Positions 44,045 to 54,291 of a stretch of DNA of 64,000 bases are shown piece after piece. The position numbers and the translations under genes are program-made. Under the pieces are notes generated by a model. It saw only the letters and a program-made list of their open reading frames with translations, was not told the DNA's origin and made no database searches. The DNA comes from an uncultured Eubacterium sp. (GTDB taxonomy: Bacteria; Bacillota; Clostridia; Oscillospirales; Acutalibacteraceae). The stretch covers positions 170,936-234,935 of the forward strand of contig CAKTGF010000004.1 in assembly GCA_934561395.1 (NCBI GenBank), given 5' to 3'. Within the stretch, counting starts at the first letter, position 1, and every line of letters starts with the position of its first letter.

Positions 44045-46021
44045 TCAGCCAAACAATTCAACAAAGGTATCCTCGGTTATTATTTCAACTCCAAGCTCCT
44101 TAGCCTTGTTGTTCTTTGATGAGGTGGAATTAATATCGTTATTAACCAAATAATTGGTTTTCTTTGAAACCGAGCCGGTAACCTTTCCCCCCTCGGCCTC
44201 AACATACGCCTTAAACTCATTTCTGTTTTTATAAATATGAACATCCCCTGTAATAACAAAGGTTAAGCCGGCACATTTGCCGCCGCTTTCGGTTTTAGGC
44301 TCAAGCCTTTCAACACGAACCTGGGTTAAAAGCTTTTTTAGCAAAGCCTTGTTATCATCGTTTTCATACCATTTTAAAATTGAATTTGAGCGCTCCGGGC
44401 CTATGCCGTCAATATCGTCAAAGGGCTCGTTTTGGCTGTAAAGCCTTTCAAAAAAGCCATCTGTGCCCAGGCTTGCAATCAAGCGCTTTGCAGCGTCCAA
44501 GCCCACCATGGGAATACACAGAGCAAATATAAAATTAACAGGGCCTACATCTCTGCTTTTTTCTATTGACCCAATCAAATTGTCAAAGGATTTTTTACCG
44601 AAGCCCTCCAAACCAACAATTTCTTCCTCGTGCCTTGCAATTGAGTAAATATCCGCAAAATCGGCAATAAAGCCGTTGTTGATAAATTTAACAATCGTTT
44701 CAATTGAAAGACCGTCAATATCCATACCCGACTTGCTGACAAAGCGCTGGTATTTTTTTATGTGCTTTGCAGTGCAGTTTTGGTTTGTGCAGTGTAGGGT
44801 TTCCGCCCCGGTTGCGGCACCGATATGAATTTCAGTGGGAGCGTTGCAAACCGGGCACCTGTCGGGTATTTCAAATGTGGTGCCCTTTGAATCTGCGGCA
44901 ACGCATTTGGGAATAATCATATTTGCCTTAATAACCGTCATTTCAGTAACGCCGTTTGCGCCTATGCCAAGGCGTTTCATTTCGCTGATATTGCACAAAA
45001 GGCAGCGTTTAACCTCTGTTCCCTCCAAATGAACGGGCTTGAACACCGCAACAGGAGAAATTGTTGATGCAGCGCAGCTCCACTCAATATGGTCAAGCAC
45101 GGTTTTGGCCTGGGTATCCTGCCACTTAAAGGCCATGCCTGCATTTGTTGCATGGTGCCCTGTTACAGAGCCGGTTTGTGCGTAATCAGTATCGTCAAAG
45201 GTAACAACAAGGCCGTCAACGGGGATATCCATTTTGCCGGATTTTACCTTTTCGCTCCACTTATCAATAACCTGCACAAGACCCTGTGCGTTAGTAAGTT
45301 CTCTTTGAACAGTGGTAAAGCCCAGTTTGTCAAGATAATCCATTCTGTCGCCCCAAGATTTCATTGGGTAATCAAGGTGCACAAGGGTAAAGGCGTTAAA
45401 ATGAACTCTGCGCTCTTTAACCTCAGCCGCCCTGGTTTTATCCAGCGCCATTGTGCCCGATACAAGGTTTCTTGGGTTGGCGTAGCGCTCATCGTCATTA
45501 TCAATCAGCTCATTAAGCATGTTAAAATCGCTGTAGGAAATTGTAGCCTCCCCACGAACAACAAGATGGCCCTTTTCCTGCAACTTTTGTGGCAAGCCGT
45601 CAATATAGCTTGTAAGATAGGTAATGTTTGTACCGATTGTGCCGTTGCCACGGGTCATAAGCTTGGTTAATTTGCCGCCGTCATAGGTTGCAACAAGGGT
45701 TAAGCCGTCAAGCTTCCAGGAAAGCCAAATATCACGCTCCCCTGCCCATTTTTGAATAACCCCCGGGTCCTTGCTTTTGGCAAGTGAAAGTGCGGGGTAT
45801 TCGTGGGGTTCACGGTTGCCGTCTGCCATATTTTCAACTGCACCGGTGCTTTGCGTGGGGCTGTTTGGAAGAACAATGCCCGTTTCACTTTCAAGAGCGG
45901 AAAGCTCGTCAAACAAGCTGTCCCACTCAAAGTTAGACATAATTTCGTCCCTGTCGTTATAATAAGCCTCGGAGGCGTTATTTAAAATTTCTACCAATTC
46001 TTCAATTCTTTTTTTCTTATC
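44045..46021 (-). CDS. ligA: NAD-dependent DNA ligase
   Basis: Adenylation lysine motif 'SWKLDGLTLVATY', a Zn-finger Cys cluster 'CPVCNAP', and a C-terminal BRCT-like region. The start MDKKKRIEEL is 42 nt inside the track ORF. Confidence 0.9.
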   Translation of the reverse strand, partial: DKKKRIEELVEILNNASEAYYNDRDEIMSNFEWDSLFDELSALESETGIVLPNSPTQSTGAVENMADGNREPHEYPALSLAKSKDPGVIQKWAGERDIWLSWKLDGLTLVATYDGGKLTKLMTRGNGTIGTNITYLTSYIDGLPQKLQEKGHLVVRGEATISYSDFNMLNELIDNDDERYANPRNLVSGTMALDKTRAAEVKERRVHFNAFTLVHLDYPMKSWGDRMDYLDKLGFTTVQRELTNAQGLVQVIDKWSEKVKSGKMDIPVDGLVVTFDDTDYAQTGSVTGHHATNAGMAFKWQDTQAKTVLDHIEWSCAASTISPVAVFKPVHLEGTEVKRCLLCNISEMKRLGIGANGVTEMTVIKANMIIPKCVAADSKGTTFEIPDRCPVCNAPTEIHIGAATGAETLHCTNQNCTAKHIKKYQRFVSKSGMDIDGLSIETIVKFINNGFIADFADIYSIARHEEEIVGLEGFGKKSFDNLIGSIEKSRDVGPVNFIFALCIPMVGLDAAKRLIASLGTDGFFERLYSQNEPFDDIDGIGPERSNSILKWYENDDNKALLKKLLTQVRVERLEPKTESGGKCAGLTFVITGDVHIYKNRNEFKAYVEAEGGKVTGSVSKKTNYLVNNDINSTSSKNNKAKELGVEIITEDTFVELFG

Positions 46022-46360
46022 CATTTCAACAACCCTTGCAGTTATTAATAGTTTTAAATACAACTTTATTATATCACAAATAAAAGGTAATAAAAAGTAA
46101 AATAATTAAAAAATCACAGATCACAAAAGCAGCTCAGGTTACCCTGTATCGTCTTCAAAATTATAGATATTATTTTTTGTTGTTATGGTTTTAACGCTCG
46201 ACCGCTTAGAGGCGTAATGGGTATAAGCTAACGCTTGAAAGCTTAATGCTTGATACCTTCGTTATTACGGTAGAGGAAAAGACTTTACCGCATACGGTGC
46301 ATTTTTCACAGCAATTCAAATTAATTTGAAAAATATTAAAAAAACTCAAAAAAACTGTTG

Positions 46361-46389
46361 ACATTTGTATTGTCATTTGATATAATTCA
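46361..46389 (+). promoter_or_regulatory. Sigma-A promoter of tRNA-Leu (TTGACA-N17-TATAAT)
   Basis: TTGACATTTGTATTGTCATTTGATATAAT ends ~7 nt before the mature tRNA 5' end. Confidence 0.6.
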
Positions 46390-46474
46390 TATCGTTGACG
46401 CGAGAGTGGCGGAATCGGCAGACGCGCACGTTTGAGGGGCGTGTGGGGCGACTCGTACGGGTTCAAGTCCCGTC
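46390..46474 (+). tRNA. tRNA-Leu (anticodon GAG), class II with long variable arm
   Basis: 7-bp acceptor stem GCGAGAG/CTCTCGC, discriminator A and an encoded CCA. T-arm ACGGG-TTCAAGT-CCCGT. Anticodon stem CACGT/GCGTG with the loop uUGAGgg. The variable arm is 13 nt. Confidence 0.85.
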
Positions 46475-46515
46475 TCTCGCACCAAAAAAGCGAATACCCA
46501 TTTGGGTATTCGCTT
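46475..46515 (+). terminator. Rho-independent terminator after tRNA-Leu
   Basis: AAAAAAGCGAATACCCA-TT-TGGGTATTCGCTTTTTTATTTTTT. Confidence 0.85.
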
Positions 46516-46584
46516 TTTTATTTTTTCTGTAATTTCAAAAATAAAGTTACCCCCCGCTCCCTATCGGAACGGAGGGTTTTAATG

Positions 46585-47112
46585 TTATTGGTCATTAGAC
46601 AGTTCCATTCGATACAGTAATTCATCCAAAAATTCCGTTTGTCTGTCAACAGAAAAGCAAAACTGTTTGCCACCCTTTAGGGTTATCTCAATATAGTCTG
46701 AATAATCCCCGGCAATTAATGACCTTTTGGCCTTTCTGCGGTCATATCTTAAGTTGAAATTACTGTTATAGGCGCTTACGATGTCTGAATAATTTATTGT
46801 AAATTTAGGCTTATTCTTTCCGAAGCCCAAATTTTGTGTTGTAATTTCCAAATATGTATCATAAAGAACAACACCCTTAAAGCAGAAACAATATTTAAAT
46901 GCGAAAAACAGGCCGGCTAAAACAGATACCGACATCAGTGCCACAAGAATTTCATCATTAATATATTTATTAATGCCCGTTATTCCCATACCTATTAAGA
47001 TAATAAATAATGCAATTATGGGCATTACAAAATTTCCGCATAATGAGAAAAATCCACTGACAAGCTTATCAATAAAATGAGAATACCTAAAATAATATAC
47101 TTTTGCTTTCAT
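46585..47112 (-). CDS. Bacterial PH-domain (bPH_2 / YdbS-like) membrane protein, paralog A
   Basis: Two N-terminal TM helices followed by a ~100-aa cytoplasmic domain ('KGVVLYDTYLEI...YIEITLKGGKQFCFSVDRQTEFLDEL'). Confidence 0.5.
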   Translation of the reverse strand: MKAKVYYFRYSHFIDKLVSGFFSLCGNFVMPIIALFIILIGMGITGINKYINDEILVALMSVSVLAGLFFAFKYCFCFKGVVLYDTYLEITTQNLGFGKNKPKFTINYSDIVSAYNSNFNLRYDRRKAKRSLIAGDYSDYIEITLKGGKQFCFSVDRQTEFLDELLYRMELSNDQ

Positions 47113-47119
47113 ATAAATC

Positions 47120-47632
47120 CTACACTTTTTGAATTAAGGAATCTAAGGTTTCACAAAATTCCTCTTGATTTTCAATACTGAAAAAATATTTCTTGCCGTT
47201 TTTCATTGTGATTTCAACATTATATGCATTGTCCCCAAAAGGCACAAGTAACGAACCGTGATATTGACTAAATCGCAAATCATTGTAATTTACATTAACG
47301 CTTTCAATTTCATCATATCTTAAAACAATGCGGTTTTTCCAATTTCTAAAGATAATTGTATAACGGGCAATAACCAAATGCTCATCATAAAGGAAAACGC
47401 CCTTTCTTAAAACACAATAAATTACCGTCCATAATATTGAGCAAGCAAGAATTATTTTTTGAATAATACCAATTGCAGTGTCATTGTTAAGATACTGCCC
47501 CAAGCCGATTAATGCCAGCACACGCAAGATAATCAGCGCAAAAATCTGCGGCAGCAGTAAATTCTGCAACGGCAGTACAATTGATTTTAACAGCTTAAAG
47601 GTGCCGTTATAATACCTGAATTTATATCTCAT
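47120..47632 (-). CDS. Bacterial PH-domain (bPH_2 / YdbS-like) membrane protein, paralog B
   Basis: Same architecture and a conserved pattern relative to the adjacent gene ('KGVFLYDEHLVI...NVEITMKNGKKYFFSIENQEEFCETL'). The two form a tandem duplicate pair. Confidence 0.5.
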   Translation of the reverse strand: MRYKFRYYNGTFKLLKSIVLPLQNLLLPQIFALIILRVLALIGLGQYLNNDTAIGIIQKIILACSILWTVIYCVLRKGVFLYDEHLVIARYTIIFRNWKNRIVLRYDEIESVNVNYNDLRFSQYHGSLLVPFGDNAYNVEITMKNGKKYFFSIENQEEFCETLDSLIQKV

Positions 47633-47708
47633 ATAATTATCCTCAATACATGGTTATACCCTATTGTTTTTACAAGCAATAGGGTTTATCAGTTATACCG
47701 GATTAAAG

Positions 47709-48356
47709 TCAAAACAGCTTTGATATGTAGCTTGGGCTGTCGATAATTGCGGAGGGATTTTCTGCAAACAAAACGGAAAAGCTCCTAAAGCCCCAAGAGC
47801 ATCCGATTGCCTCAATGCCTGCGTTTTTTGCGGTTTGCATGTCAACCTCGCTGTCGCCGAAGAAAATTGCCTCCTTGGGGGTGCAGCCCATTTTCTCCAG
47901 CGCCATATTGGTGGTTTGCGGGTTTGGCTTGGTGGGAACGCCGTCAACGCAGCCGATTACAACATCGAAATAATTTTTGCCGAAAATATACTCAACCATG
48001 GAAACGGCAGCAACATTTGGTTTGTTTGTAACAACGGCAAGGGCTATTCCCTTTTCCTTAAGAATATCAAGCTGTTCCTTAATGCCGTCGTAAGCGTGGG
48101 CGTGGTCAAGCTTAATTTTGTTATAAATAACCTTAAACTCCTCATACCTTTGGGTAAGAGTTTGCTCATCAAGGGTAAAGTTAAAGGCTCTGTCAACCAA
48201 TTTTTTTGCGCCGTTACCCACAAAGTTTCTGTAATCGTCCATAGTCCATTTGGCGTCAAAGTTATACTTTTTAATCAGTATTTCGCAAGCACCTGCCAAA
48301 TCGTCAATAGTATTTACAAGTGTTCCGTCCAAATCAAATACTGCACATTTAATCAT
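47709..48356 (-). CDS. HAD-superfamily hydrolase (phosphoglycolate-phosphatase-like subfamily IA)
   Basis: 'AVFDLDGTLVNT' motif I, a 'VVTNKP' motif II region and 'FGDSEVDMQTAKNAG' motif IV. Confidence 0.75.
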   Translation of the reverse strand: MIKCAVFDLDGTLVNTIDDLAGACEILIKKYNFDAKWTMDDYRNFVGNGAKKLVDRAFNFTLDEQTLTQRYEEFKVIYNKIKLDHAHAYDGIKEQLDILKEKGIALAVVTNKPNVAAVSMVEYIFGKNYFDVVIGCVDGVPTKPNPQTTNMALEKMGCTPKEAIFFGDSEVDMQTAKNAGIEAIGCSWGFRSFSVLFAENPSAIIDSPSYISKLF

Positions 48357-49623
48357 ACAAATCACTCAAATCCTGTTCTTTTTTCTTTTTTATCTTATTA
48401 ACAAAGGCGCACACAAGCACCACAATCACAACGCCGCCCAAAGCAGCGGATTGTATATATATATTTCTTTCGTTTTTAACGCTTTCCGCACTGAGCTTGC
48501 CGCTTTTAACCTGTGACCAAAGCGAGTTTTCAAGCTCCAAAATATTTTGGGGAAGATTTTTAAAGGGCTGTGACAAAGGTTTTTCCTCGGGATAAACCGC
48601 AGGGTTGTTATAAAGGGAGGACTCCTCATTATCCTTTACGGTTTTATTTGCCGAGGCGTAGTAGATAAACTCCGAATTTGCCAGGGCAACCTCAGGCTCG
48701 TGCATAAAGTTAATGAACGCCTCCGCCCCTTTTTTGTTCTGTGTGCATTTGGGAACGCAAAAGGCATCGTAAAAATCGTTAACGCCTTCTTTGGGGAAGC
48801 AATAGTCCAGGCTGTCGCTGTTTTCACTCATTAAAACATAATCCCCTGCGTAATAGGTGGCAAATGCATATTCCCCGGATTCCATAAGGTTAAACACCTC
48901 GTCCATAACATAAACGGGGTTAACCTTGTCCTTTTGCTCTGCCAAAAGATTGGCGGCGTCCACCCAATCCTGCTCGGAATTGGTGTTTAAATCCTGTCCC
49001 AGCATAAGCTGTGCAATTGCAAAGGCGTCACGGGAGTTGTTGAACATAAGCACCTTGCCACGGTACTGCTCATCCCAAAGAACCGACCATGAATCCGGCT
49101 CCTCTTTAACCAAATCCTTGTTATAAATCAATAGGGTTGTGCCGGTGTTAAAGCAAACAGAATACTTTTGCTCCGGGTCAAAATAAAGATTTTTGCAATC
49201 GTCACGGATATATTTATCAAAATTAGGGATATTTGAATAATCAAGCTCCAGCAGCATATCCTCGTCAATCAGGCGCTCAATCATATAATCACTGGGAACT
49301 ATAACATCATAGGACACACCGCCGCCTGTTAGCTTTGAATACATATTCTCGTTTGACTCAAAGTTGGTGTAATTAACCCTTGCGCCGGTCAGCTTTTCAA
49401 ACTCTGCTACAACGTCCATAGAACCGTCGGAGCCGTCTGAAATATATTCGCCCCAGTTGTAAACATTAACGGTGGTGCCCTGCAAGCCTAAATTTTTATA
49501 ATATTCCTTTTGCTCGGCTGAAAAATAATCATCCTCCGCAGCAAAGGCGTTTACGCCAAAGCCTGCACAAAAAGCAAAGGCCACGGCAAGGGAAAGAACA
49601 GCAGAAATAATTTTTTTAATCAT
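48349..49623 (-). CDS. potD: Spermidine/putrescine ABC transporter substrate-binding protein, with an unusual extra C-terminal TM helix
   Basis: Signal peptide, then the PotD-type fold ('VNVYNWGEYISD'). The final ~35 aa, 'ALGGVVIVVLVCAFVNKIKKKKEQ', form a hydrophobic anchor. Confidence 0.75.
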   Translation of the reverse strand: MIKKIISAVLSLAVAFAFCAGFGVNAFAAEDDYFSAEQKEYYKNLGLQGTTVNVYNWGEYISDGSDGSMDVVAEFEKLTGARVNYTNFESNENMYSKLTGGGVSYDVIVPSDYMIERLIDEDMLLELDYSNIPNFDKYIRDDCKNLYFDPEQKYSVCFNTGTTLLIYNKDLVKEEPDSWSVLWDEQYRGKVLMFNNSRDAFAIAQLMLGQDLNTNSEQDWVDAANLLAEQKDKVNPVYVMDEVFNLMESGEYAFATYYAGDYVLMSENSDSLDYCFPKEGVNDFYDAFCVPKCTQNKKGAEAFINFMHEPEVALANSEFIYYASANKTVKDNEESSLYNNPAVYPEEKPLSQPFKNLPQNILELENSLWSQVKSGKLSAESVKNERNIYIQSAALGGVVIVVLVCAFVNKIKKKKEQDLSDLYD

Positions 49624-50435
49624 TTTTTCTCCCCCTTTCTTTCCGAACGGCTTTGTGCAATGTTCATAAGAACAAGCAAAACCAAAATAACCGCAAACAT
49701 AAGGGTTGAAAGCGCAAACATATCAGGCTTAACACGCTTTTTGGTAAGTGAAAAAATATAAATAGGCAGCGTTTGGAATGAAGGGCCGTTAGTGAAATAA
49801 GAAATAATGAAATCATCAAGAGACAGTGTAAACGACATTACGCAGCCTGTGATTATTCCGCTCATTATTTCAGGCAAAACCACCTTGATAAAGGCGTTAA
49901 AGGGCTTGCAGCCAAGGTCAACTGCCGCCTCGTAAACATTCATATCAAACTGCCTGAGCTTTGGTGTAACATTCAGTATTACATAGGGCAGGCAAAAGGT
50001 TACATGGGCAATTAAAATTGTCCAAAACCCAAGCACCTGTGAAACATTGATAAGCGTGCCTGCAAACACAAACAAAAGCATCATTGAAATGCCCGTGACG
50101 ATTTCCGGGTTCATCATGGGTATGTTGGTGGCACTCATCATTGCACGCTTATAAAGCTTATTCTTTGAATTAAACAGACCCACTGCCGCAAGCACACCCA
50201 AAACCGTTGACACCGCAGATGTTGCAACGGCAAGAACAAGGGTGTTTTTTAATGCGTCCATAGCGGAACTGTTGGCAAACATTTCCTTCCACCAATAGGT
50301 TGTAAAACCGCTCATTTGGTAGGTTGAGGAAGAATCGTTAAAGGAAAACACGGTCATTACAACAATGGGTGCATACAAAAACAGAAAGATAATTGCCATA
50401 TATACCTTTGAGGTAAAGGAGGTTTTCTTTTTCAT
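49620..50435 (-). CDS. potC: Spermidine/putrescine ABC transporter permease
   Basis: 6-TM permease with an EAA-like loop. It overlaps potD and potB. Confidence 0.8.
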   Translation of the reverse strand: MKKKTSFTSKVYMAIIFLFLYAPIVVMTVFSFNDSSSTYQMSGFTTYWWKEMFANSSAMDALKNTLVLAVATSAVSTVLGVLAAVGLFNSKNKLYKRAMMSATNIPMMNPEIVTGISMMLLFVFAGTLINVSQVLGFWTILIAHVTFCLPYVILNVTPKLRQFDMNVYEAAVDLGCKPFNAFIKVVLPEIMSGIITGCVMSFTLSLDDFIISYFTNGPSFQTLPIYIFSLTKKRVKPDMFALSTLMFAVILVLLVLMNIAQSRSERKGEKK

Positions 50436-51253
50436 ATAACAACACCTCCGTCTTCTGTTCCGTCGTCAAAATAATTCATTATGCCAAGGCAAACGAATAT
50501 AAGAAGCATCAGCACAAAGCTGAGCGACGCACCAAGGTTATAATTGTTTGCGCTTTGGAACTGGGTTTCAATAACATCGCCGATTAAAACAATTTGACCG
50601 CCGCCAAGCTTTTGGGTAATGTAAAAGGTTGAAACGCAGGGCACAAAAACCATTGTTACACCGCTGAGCACACCTGCAAGCGAGGTGGGCAGAACTACCC
50701 TTTTAAACACCTGAAGTTTGTTTGAGCCCAAATCCTGGGCAGCCTCAATAAGCGAATTATCCATTTTTGAAAGAACGGAATAAATGGGTAAAATCATATA
50801 GGGCAAAAAGTTATAAACCATGCCCAAAATTACCGCTCCGCCGTTATTAATCAGGTGCAGACTGTTTAAATTCAGGCGGCTAAGCAGGGTGTTTATTACG
50901 CCGCTGTCGCCCAAAATTGTCATAAGGCTGTAGGTTCTGATTAAAAAATTCATCCACATGGGCAGCATTACAAGCAAAACAATGGTTCTTTGGGTTCTGT
51001 GGGTGTGCTTTGACATAAAATATGCAAAGGGATAGCCCAGCAAAAGGCAAATAACCGTGGCTATTAAGCCATATTGAATTGAAAGCAATATGGTTGAAAA
51101 ATAGTTGCCTATCTGCTGAAAATTAGAAAGTGTAAAGGCGCCGCTTTTGTCAGTCAAGGCATAGTAAAGCACCATAATAAGGGGTGCAATTATAAACAGC
51201 AGTGCCCAAACAAGATAGGGCTTGTCTAAAAGCTTTTTTGCTGTCTTATTCAT
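50432..51253 (-). CDS. potB: Spermidine/putrescine ABC transporter permease
   Basis: 6-TM permease with an EAA loop '[21 protein letters not shown]'. The start is taken at MNKTAKK. Confidence 0.8.
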   Translation of the reverse strand: MNKTAKKLLDKPYLVWALLFIIAPLIMVLYYALTDKSGAFTLSNFQQIGNYFSTILLSIQYGLIATVICLLLGYPFAYFMSKHTHRTQRTIVLLVMLPMWMNFLIRTYSLMTILGDSGVINTLLSRLNLNSLHLINNGGAVILGMVYNFLPYMILPIYSVLSKMDNSLIEAAQDLGSNKLQVFKRVVLPTSLAGVLSGVTMVFVPCVSTFYITQKLGGGQIVLIGDVIETQFQSANNYNLGASLSFVLMLLIFVCLGIMNYFDDGTEDGGVVI

Positions 51254-52385
51254 TTTCTTCTTCCTCCCAATTATAAGAGGCGTCTGAAATATGGTCCATC
51301 TCATCCGAGAAGGTGGAATAGTCGCCGAACTCGCCGGAGTATTCGCTGCGTTTCATAATGTGAATAGCATCGGGCTCAATATACATACCTATGGTTTGGT
51401 CAACCTTTAAGTTTTCCCTGGTGGTTTGAATCATCCAGATAAAGCCGCCAACATCAACAAGTATTTCAAAATGAACACCCTTAAAGGTTACGCTTGTTAT
51501 TTTGCCTGTAAGTGCGGCGTCTGCACCGGGCTCAACAATTTGAATATCCTCAGGTCTTACAACAGCCTCAACAAACTCGTTTTTCTCAAAGCCGTGGTCA
51601 AGGCATTTGAATTTAACGCCGCCGAAGGTTACAAGATAATCGTCAATCATAATGGCGTCAACAATATTCGATTCGCCGATAAAGTCGGCAACAAAGGCAT
51701 TGACCGGCTCATTATAAATATCCTCGGGTGTGCCGATTTGCTGTATTTTACCCTTATCCATAACAACCACAGTGTCGCTCATAGAAAGAGCCTCCTCCTG
51801 GTCGTGGGTAACATAAATAAATGTAATGCCCAGCTCCTGCTGAATATTTTTAAGTTCACGCTGCATATCCTTGCGCAATTTTAAATCAAGAGCGCCCAAG
51901 GGCTCGTCAAGGAGCAAAACATGGGGCTTGTTTGCAAGTGCTCTTGCAATTGCCACACGCTGCTGCTGACCGCCTGAAAGTGAGTCAACGGTACGCTTTT
52001 CAAAGCCCTTAAGGTTAACCAGCTCAAGCATTGAGGCAACGGTTTTGCGCACATCTTCCTTGGGCATTTTTTGCAGCTGAGGGCCAAAAGCAATGTTTTC
52101 ATAAACATTCAAATGAGAAAAAAGAGCATAACGCTGGAAAATGGTATTCACATGCCTTTTGTGTGGCGGAACATCATTGATTCGCTTGCCCTCAAAAATA
52201 ACATCCCCGCTGTCAGGCTTTACAAAGCCTGCAATTGCACGAAGGGTTGTTGTTTTGCCGCAGCCTGAAGGGCCAAGCAGCGTTATAAACTCTTTTTCGT
52301 TAATATATAAATTCAGATTTTCCAAAACGGTGTTATCACCGTAGCTGACCTTAACGTTCTTTAAATCAATTATTTTCTTGTTCAA
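51246..52385 (-). CDS. potA: Spermidine/putrescine ABC transporter ATPase
   Basis: Walker A 'GPSGCGKTT', signature '[15 protein letters not shown]', Walker B 'LLLDEP', and a C-terminal TOBE-like regulatory domain. Confidence 0.9.
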   Translation of the reverse strand: MNKKIIDLKNVKVSYGDNTVLENLNLYINEKEFITLLGPSGCGKTTTLRAIAGFVKPDSGDVIFEGKRINDVPPHKRHVNTIFQRYALFSHLNVYENIAFGPQLQKMPKEDVRKTVASMLELVNLKGFEKRTVDSLSGGQQQRVAIARALANKPHVLLLDEPLGALDLKLRKDMQRELKNIQQELGITFIYVTHDQEEALSMSDTVVVMDKGKIQQIGTPEDIYNEPVNAFVADFIGESNIVDAIMIDDYLVTFGGVKFKCLDHGFEKNEFVEAVVRPEDIQIVEPGADAALTGKITSVTFKGVHFEILVDVGGFIWMIQTTRENLKVDQTIGMYIEPDAIHIMKRSEYSGEFGDYSTFSDEMDHISDASYNWEEEENE

Positions 52386-52542
52386 TTATGCACTTCCTCT
52401 TTGTAACCCGATTTATGCTTTATATTATAATTTGCACATATAGTAAATATATAATTTTTAATACACGATGTCAACAATTTTGACATATTTTTTGCAAGTT
52501 TATACACAAAAGCTGCCACCCGAAAGCAGTGGCAGCCTTAAT

Positions 52543-54291
52543 CTATTTTTTAGGAAATTGGGAGTTGTAAAGTTCAAAGTAAAAGCCTTTTTTATCCAAA
52601 AGTTCCCTGTGATTTCCCTGCTCGATAATATTCCCGTTTTTCATAACCAAAATTATATCTGCTTCCTTAATTGTGGCTAATCTGTGGGCAACAATAAAGG
52701 TTGTTTTGCCCTGCATCAGATTTGAAAATGCCTTTTGTATTTTAATTTCGGTTCTTGTGTCTATTGATGAAGTTGCCTCGTCAAGAATCAAAACAGGCGG
52801 TCTGCAAAGCATAAGCCTTGAAATGCAAAGCAGCTGCTTTTGACCTTGGGAAAGAGAGCCGCCGTCCTCGCCTATTACCGTGTCGTAGCCGTAGGGCAAG
52901 CGCTTGATAAAGGAGTGAGCGTGAGCTTTTTTTGCAGCCTCAACGATTTGTTCGTCTGTGGCATTTTCAACGCCTAAGGCAATATTTTCCTTAATCGTGC
53001 CGGCTTTAAGCCAGGTGTCCTGCAGCACCATTCCGATATTTGACCTTAAGGATTTAAGCTTAACCTCGGAATATGGCTTACCGTCAATAACTATCTGCCC
53101 GCTGTCAGGCTCATAAAACCTCATTAAAAGGTTAATAAGAGTTGTCTTGCCGCAGCCTGTGGGGCCTACGATAGCCACCCTTTGACCGTTTTTAACGGAA
53201 AGATTAAAGTCCTCGATCAGCTTTTTATCTTTTATATAAGAAAAACTTACATTCTTAAGCTCTATATTGCCGTTAACATCCACAAGTTCTAAAGCGTTTT
53301 CACTGTCCGGAGCGATTTCCTTCTCCTCCAAAAGCTCAAACAGCCTGCCTGCACAGGCGATGGCGTTTTGCAGCTCTGTAATAACGCCGCTTATTTCGTT
53401 AAAGGGCTTGGTGTATTGATTTGCGTATGACAAAAAGCAGGTTAACACACCAACCGTAATAGCCTGCTGCTGTGTTTTAACCGCAAGCATAGCGCCGAAA
53501 AGAGCCACCGCTGCATAAACAATGCTGTTAACAAACCTTGTTGCCGGGTTTGTAATTGATGAAAAGAAAACTGCCTTAAGAGAATAGCCCTGCAAGCGAT
53601 TGTTGATTTCATCAAAGGCTTTGATATTTTCTTCCCCGTGGGAATAAGCGTCAACCAGCTTTTGGTTGCCAATCATTTCATCAATAAATGAGGTTTGCTC
53701 GCCCCTGGTTTCGGATTGCAGCTTAAACATTTTGTAGGTTCTCTTTGCAATATACCTTGCAATAAAGAACGAAAGCGGAGTTACCAAAACAACAACAATG
53801 GTTATCCACAAATTAATTGAAAGCATAAAGCCGATTGTGCCGAAAATTGTTATAACCCCTGTAAAGAACTGTGTAAAGCCCACCAGCAGGCCGTCTGCAA
53901 ACTGGTCAACATCGGCAATTACTCTTGCTACAATATCCCCTGTCGGGTTTGAATCAATGTATGAAATGGGCAGGCGCTCTATTTTGCTGAAGGCTCTGTC
54001 CCTCATATCACGAACTACATTAAAGGTTATTTTGTTGTTGCAAACATTCATAAGCCATTGAGAAAGGGCAACAACGCCGATAATAACGCATACCTTAACC
54101 AAAATTGGGATTATGCCTTTAAAATTAACCAAGCCCTCGGCAATAATGCAGTCAATGGCGTTACCGATAAGAACGGGCACATAAAGGGTGCCTGCCACGC
54201 TTACAATCGCAAGGAGCATTGAAAGAATAAGATAAATTCTGTATCTTCCCACATAGGAAACCACTTTTTTAATTACGGTTTTATTGTTCAT
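52543..54291 (-). CDS. ABC exporter, fused permease-ATPase (heterodimer partner 2)
   Basis: A 6-TM N-terminal domain plus Walker A 'GPTGCGKTT', 'LSQGQKQLLCISR' and 'ILILDEATS'. Confidence 0.8.
   Translation of the reverse strand: MNNKTVIKKVVSYVGRYRIYLILSMLLAIVSVAGTLYVPVLIGNAIDCIIAEGLVNFKGIIPILVKVCVIIGVVALSQWLMNVCNNKITFNVVRDMRDRAFSKIERLPISYIDSNPTGDIVARVIADVDQFADGLLVGFTQFFTGVITIFGTIGFMLSINLWITIVVVLVTPLSFFIARYIAKRTYKMFKLQSETRGEQTSFIDEMIGNQKLVDAYSHGEENIKAFDEINNRLQGYSLKAVFFSSITNPATRFVNSIVYAAVALFGAMLAVKTQQQAITVGVLTCFLSYANQYTKPFNEISGVITELQNAIACAGRLFELLEEKEIAPDSENALELVDVNGNIELKNVSFSYIKDKKLIEDFNLSVKNGQRVAIVGPTGCGKTTLINLLMRFYEPDSGQIVIDGKPYSEVKLKSLRSNIGMVLQDTWLKAGTIKENIALGVENATDEQIVEAAKKAHAHSFIKRLPYGYDTVIGEDGGSLSQGQKQLLCISRLMLCRPPVLILDEATSSIDTRTEIKIQKAFSNLMQGKTTFIVAHRLATIKEADIILVMKNGNIIEQGNHRELLDKKGFYFELYNSQFPKK

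Noticed and set aside
45089-45670. 193-aa plus-strand ORF antisense to ligA
   Set aside because: It is the antisense shadow of a conserved essential gene. It has no start context.
46206-46466. 86-aa minus-strand ORF overlapping tRNA-Leu and its promoter
   Set aside because: It overlaps a confidently folded tRNA gene and has no RBS. It is a spurious ORF.
47835-48401. 188-aa plus-strand ORF antisense to the HAD hydrolase gene
   Set aside because: It is a shadow ORF rich in Asn/Val, a bias typical of antisense reading of AT-moderate genes.
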